Positions 34,601-36,142 of a stretch of 36,142 bases of DNA are shown here, in pieces; the stretch's first letter is position 1, and each line of letters begins with the position of its first letter. The notes beneath the pieces are model-generated. The model was given only the letters and a program-made list of their open reading frames with translations. It searched no databases and was not told where the DNA came from. A program made the translations under genes and the position numbers. The stretch is from an uncultured Verrucomicrobiota bacterium (GTDB lineage Bacteria; Verrucomicrobiota; Verrucomicrobiia; Limisphaerales; JAEYXS01): contig CAZRGY010000002.1 in NCBI GenBank assembly GCA_964599715.1, positions 1 through 36,142 on the forward strand, given 5' to 3'.

Positions 34601-36142
34601 GATGCGACTGCGGCTCACACCATTGTAGTTGGTGAACAAACCACCGATCAAAATGCGTCCATCCTCTTGGAGCACAATGCTGCGCACCGTGTTGTTAGGG
34701 CCATTGCCAATGGTAAATAGCGGATCCAACTGCCCCGTCTTGTCCAAGCGGGCAAGGCGCGAAGAGGTGATGCCGTTCATCTTGGTGAAGTTGCCACCCA
34801 CGATGAGTTTCTCATCCGCCTGCAAGGTCATGCCGTAGATAAAGCCATCCGTCCCGGCCAATGGATTGTAGGTGGTATCCACTGAGCCGGCCGGTTCGTT
34901 TACGGTTTCATTGTCCACAATGGTCAGCGTGGTGTTGACCACAGTGCCCAAGGAGGCATTGATCGGCACTTGAAGGGCCAGATTGACCGTCCGATTCGCG
35001 TTCTGTACTGGAGCCCCTGCATCATCGACGATACTCACAATGACATTCGTGCTTGTGACACCCGGTTGCATGGTCACTGTGACCGGGGTGAAGCTGTAAT
35101 GTGTGGGCGAGACCGCAGAGCCTGTCCCTAAATCCACCACATTCACCATAACAGTCTCCGAACTGCCGGCCGTGCGGGTGATGGTGACGATGGCGTTACC
35201 ACCGTTTTCACTGATCGAGAAATTCGCCGAAGCAAACTGTAGCGTGCCATAACGATCAGTATCCGCGATCTCAACAAAAATCGGGTTCGGATTACCAATC
35301 GGTAACGCCAAGTTATCAGAAACACGTTTTGCCCCGCTGAGTTGCACTGTGAAATTCTCGATCGACGATTCCACCAAGCCATCAGCCAAGGTGGCAACCG
35401 TGAAGCTCTTCGGTGTTGTATCAAGGTGGTTCCAAGTCAAAGTCCCTGACGCCGCAACGTAATCGGAACCCTGGCCCGCGGTTCCAGCAAAAGTGGCGTA
35501 GTCAACTTGGATGGCACCAACGTTACCACCAGTACGCTCCACCGTGATGGTAACAGTTGAGCCCTCGGTCACAGAGTACTTGGTGCTGGAGCTGAACCGC
35601 AAAGTACCATTGGAGAAATCATTATCATAGATCACCAAGCGAGACAGGTTTTGTACTGCCTGGGCAGTGTGCGTACCAATACCCGTAGTGGTAAGAGTGA
35701 CCGGCGTGTCACCAGGAGCCAACGCCACTTGGATGGTATCAGCATCAATCACGAGCGCATAGTAGCTCGTCCCCGTCGTCAAGCCGCCCGGCAAAGTCCC
35801 GGAGGAAATGAACTTGAGTTCCGTATCGTTATACAGGCCATGTCCAGGTATGGAGATCTGGCTGGTGCCGGTGTTCACCGCTGCCGGAAGGAAAATCTGA
35901 TCCCGGGTGCTGAAGCTCGCTCCTGGGCTGAGATTGTAGAGATAGAGGTTGATGCTTTCATCCGTCTCCGTGGTCACGTCGTCAGTGATCGGAATGGTGA
36001 AGGAAAGATTCGTCTCACCCGGGCCGAAGGTTAAGCGGCCAAAGACGCCGGTGAAGTCGGCAGCTTGCGACGCTGTCTCTTCGATGTCACCGCCGACCAA
36101 TCCCAAGTGTTCCGTGCTGAGATAATCCACGGAAATGGAGCG
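25697..36142 (-). CDS. Giant extracellular repeat protein, N-terminus beyond the right edge (>3,481 aa)
   Basis: The frame stays open to the window edge. The ORF-track 'M' at 36130 is a GTG inside the open frame (upstream codons read R-S-I-S).

Hand-mapped architecture:
- at least 12 Calx-beta units
- two blocks of seven ~50-aa delta-60-type repeats (..G.(I/V)L(I/V)GG.F......(S/N)R..(I/L)ARL..DG..D..F), at aa 415-777 and 1380-1746
- DUF11-like repeats (e.g. NLTYTIALTNLGPSTATSVVLTDVLPAGV)
- two CARDB-like+P-domain cassettes (YPADIDMLLVGPTG...; FPDDFDILLVSPSG...)
- a tail ending GLRFYRARQQ

There are no cysteines in the visible 3,477 residues. Confidence 0.9.
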   Translation of the reverse strand, partial: RSISVDYLSTEHLGLVGGDIEETASQAADFTGVFGRLTFGPGETNLSFTIPITDDVTTETDESINLYLYNLSPGASFSTRDQIFLPAAVNTGTSQISIPGHGLYNDTELKFISSGTLPGGLTTGTSYYALVIDADTIQVALAPGDTPVTLTTTGIGTHTAQAVQNLSRLVIYDNDFSNGTLRFSSSTKYSVTEGSTVTITVERTGGNVGAIQVDYATFAGTAGQGSDYVAASGTLTWNHLDTTPKSFTVATLADGLVESSIENFTVQLSGAKRVSDNLALPIGNPNPIFVEIADTDRYGTLQFASANFSISENGGNAIVTITRTAGSSETVMVNVVDLGTGSAVSPTHYSFTPVTVTMQPGVTSTNVIVSIVDDAGAPVQNANRTVNLALQVPINASLGTVVNTTLTIVDNETVNEPAGSVDTTYNPLAGTDGFIYGMTLQADEKLIVGGNFTKMNGITSSRLARLDKTGQLDPLFTIGNGPNNTVRSIVLQEDGRILIGGLFTNYNGVSRSRIARLNVNGVLDLSFDPGVGADNPIYAIGLHSDSAHYGKMVVVGEFSSVGGFNRPGVARLDTNGTVDTTFSTGTGPNGTVYAVAILPNGKVLIGGEFTAVNQNTNYPYLARLNSDGSLDTSFSTANKLDGTVRAIAVQSDGGIVVGGNFLQVGSTSRPFIARLLADGALDTTFDPGVGGDQPVLSLAIQPDGKILVGGDFTRFSGVTRSRVTRLNSDGTPDPKINFGAGANSFVSSILVQPSNGRIILGGGFTQFAGLSRNYLVRLFGGVIDGPGYLEFTVPEYTVSESETNAVILVRRTGGTTGSVGVQMDTANLTPAGAGKADASDYVAVAGQALAFPNAETFQEVRITINQDTVIEGDELLSLLLSNPTAAPPFGLGNQSVAQLRIVDDDSFVFFNKTLISVNENDPAGVVLVGIGRTGGITGTLTVRMVTTNGTAVAGNDFTATSTVLTFQPGETNKTIAIPIVNDAIDEGAESFTIGLTLITGDGAVRPSGSMTTVSILNDDFAPGVVQFVQAGYTIDENGAVVTLGVVRTNGSSGTISVSYNTVTTGDAVGGVAPAAGVDFIHTNGSLAFADGERVKFINVRILPDNDAGETNETFQVQLSNATGGAVIGFPNPATVTIVNNNSAIFGQFNVSAVAPITEGDTATVTVNLTGRTTNQPVTVDYVLVGQTATVGADFIAASGTLTFPDLVTAQTFDITTLTDNLVEPTETLQIVLSNPLPGNGPSIGTPTTDVSILNTTSLPGTVVFSQPVFTALESALEMEIVVERTNGVTGAVSVDLALSPGTATNPADYTGFVGAPITVTWADGVGGPVTNKITLVNDTFVEADETILVTMSNPTGGLIFATSGVTPLDQAVGVILDDEIKAGSLDEAFTPSADGPVYQLAIWPGTNRISLVGDFRTVNSLSRSNAAQLNLDGSIFTGFDSGSVTLGGGNATIRSIVIYTNGTNIGRVVVGGRFDSINGVPVNNIARLNVDGTVDNSFSIGQGPNAPVNTLQLQADGKILLGGDFNMVNGNTANFAARLNADGSFDTSFAIGSGADGPVNAMLLLENGDIVVGGEFNLFSDVAAAKLARLSTTGALVTSFAANLGTGFNNSVFALAQQQNLKIVVGGAFTTVNGTPYNYMVRLLPSGAIDSAVFTGFGTGFNDSVFTLAIQPDQKIFAGGNFTEFNGVPHNRIVRLLSSGAIDPTINFGTGADGFINTLILQPDNKILIGGGFQVVDGQSRPSLARLNNGTNSGSGVFQFANSQFLVNENEATVGITVSRLLGTAKATSVDVLTLDGTATNAVHYTGTLTTLNFAEGETTKELRLPIIDDLPALTNANRVFYIQMQNPTNDVSGTPVLDGALLASRTNVPVVIVDNESVISFSSVSYVVAENGGNAIISLTRTGGSNDPVAVRLETTIGSAIPFSDYTPVTNDVTWAAGDSSTKLVLIPVLDDTLVEGIETVGLQLTNFIGSALPGVTNSVLNIIDDDFSSGIIAFELDTYNVVESQPAQIVVVRTNGSSGIVSAVLTTVNGTAFGGSDYTTTNILVTFANGETRKVVNISTLDDGLQDDGETFTVNLSNPSGGATLGNTTATVVIDDNDVTIGFSAASLNVTESETTLQLTVTRSGLDTRTFIIDYTTVNGTAQAGLDYLQTNGVVVFGPFETNKVIEVQVKDDFVIEGPETFLVNLSGPSLSLLGNQQTVITIDDNDLATDLEVLVSVNNPVKTNTVVSYTVLVTNYGPSDISGITLTNVLPSSLELQSVSVPTYTAIGKTLIFDLPVLAKAAGYQVVINALDTNGVIRSVTNLASIGLPSVTNDLNLANNSVTNVTGLRGPGPYLAVESLSIASESPGPANGAFDINEQVSVNVTFRNLGDQATVAATGSLQGTGGVLTNLGPQNVTFGSLAPNASAVKTFNFRVTGTNGGALILTFPLADTGGIVYDPGVLRYRLGGSTLNGTTNQITINALGDATPYPSTLVVSGLVGILDQVSLTLSNVSHTYPADIDMLLVGPTGQGVVVMSDAGNDKKLNNVTFTISDQAASVLPFDAQIVNGGSYRPANYPAPDADVFGPPAPVGPYFSSLSAFRGIDPNGQWKLFVRDDTTGDFGAISNGWSLNITTVFPANPSAGLVIAGTQTAGPLLIGQDQTYALVVTNRGPATATSVFVTNTFSGAFTFISASNSVTGAVTQPSGRVVLAQGTMTNGAVVTNYVTVRPTVAGSFTNLATVGIASSETDPFLGDNTIVFAQTVGANADLAVGVTTSPAGTVALGNNLTYTIALTNLGPSTATSVVLTDVLPAGVDYVSGLPSQGVVSRTGSQVTATLGSLAVNGVANLTIVVTPTTTGSLTNTVTASSAVADAVSTNNVAVTAVTAVTDSADLQVSLAATPNPVTVGANITYTIALTNKGPSTATGVVVTNPLPSSVTLVSFTPAQGTAANVSGAVVFSLGSVPTGTNLTMQVVVTANTAGAVNSTALASASGTFDPVAGNNTATLAVAVQSPSADIDLGASSLLAESITPSNGAIDPGETVTLSLELVNKGATATANLVASLLPTGGVVTNSPQVQTYGAIASGARVAKSFTFTANGNLGDTLSVTLQLQDGASNLGTVTFTYQLGATKNAGSSTTITGVDSGAALTYPSIITVSGVSGTILKATITLSNVSHTFPDDFDILLVSPSGNKVLLMSDVGGGFALNGVNITLDDNAASSLPDSGVIADGVYKPSNYLNSPVDPLSTNDVFAAPAPAGPYAAKLADLVGTNPNGQWQLYVMDDQAGNLGSIGGWSLSLVTVATIAPSADVALSVTRSPEPVTARSNLTYTITVTNSGPNAVNGVTVSNRLPANVTLVSMDPDQGAIVANGVGSVIWTIGSLPVNSQLQATIVIAPDLPGSITNVTTVTHTDIELNSSNNSATTVSTVTGVVLSGGSVAVSGGNVSMTLVGMPGVTYVVEASTNLVDWVVISTQSSADGIITINDPSGAGSGLRFYRARQQ

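Noticed and set aside
36128-36130. The ORF-track start ('M') of the 3,477-aa protein.
   Set aside because: The codon is GTG, and the frame stays open through the four remaining upstream codons to the window edge. It also falls inside a Calx-beta unit with no signal peptide. I therefore treat the gene as 5'-truncated by the window.
19482-36142. CRISPR array or DNA tandem repeats suggested by the strong periodicity of the region.
   Set aside because: The periodicity comes from ~100-aa and ~50-aa protein domain repeats that have diverged at the nucleotide level. There are no short identical direct repeats with unique spacers, and one frame stays open throughout each gene.

Overview
This is a chromosomal segment most consistent with a Verrucomicrobiota/PVC-group bacterium. 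That placement is an inference from an H-X9-DG prepilin-like protein, a TPR-tailed GT-C membrane protein and giant Calx-beta/delta-60/DUF11 proteins.

**Left 8.4 kb.** A minus-strand respiratory complex I cluster reads nuoB-C-D-E, then nuoF-G-H-I-J (nuoJ cut by the window edge). There is no nuoA upstream of nuoB. A plus-strand tRNA-Gln(CUG) lies antisense in the 129-nt nuoE-nuoF gap. A perfect TGTGA-N6-TCACA palindrome sits in the divergent region upstream of nuoB.

**Middle (8.5-19.4 kb).** Mostly ordinary envelope and housekeeping genes:
- a TMTC-like GT-C/TPR protein and an SDR sugar epimerase/dehydratase
- an orphan H-X9-DG prepilin-like gene
- tRNA-Leu(CAG)
- a tandem GNAT-like protein with a C-terminal cyclic-nucleotide-binding domain
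- a small DEDDy exonuclease, pssA and a LysE-type exporter
- an RluA-family pseudouridine synthase, a PpiD-like chaperone and a small lipoprotein

The prepilin/tRNA-Leu intergenic region carries a dense cluster of TTCAC/GTGAA motifs.

**Right 16.7 kb (46% of the window).** Two tandem minus-strand giant genes encode 2,029 aa and more than 3,481 aa; the larger one has its N-terminus outside the window.
- They are built from Calx-beta, delta-60 propeller repeats, DUF11-like repeats and three CARDB-like+P-domain cassettes. The smaller protein also has a metzincin protease domain and a choice-of-anchor-L-like domain.
- Both proteins end with the same unassigned ~55-aa tail (...STNLvxW...GLRFYRA).
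- This pair and its shared tail are the most likely place for undescribed biology.

I saw no CRISPR array, integrase, transposase or recognisable defence genes. All family assignments rest on motifs read by eye; no searches were run.
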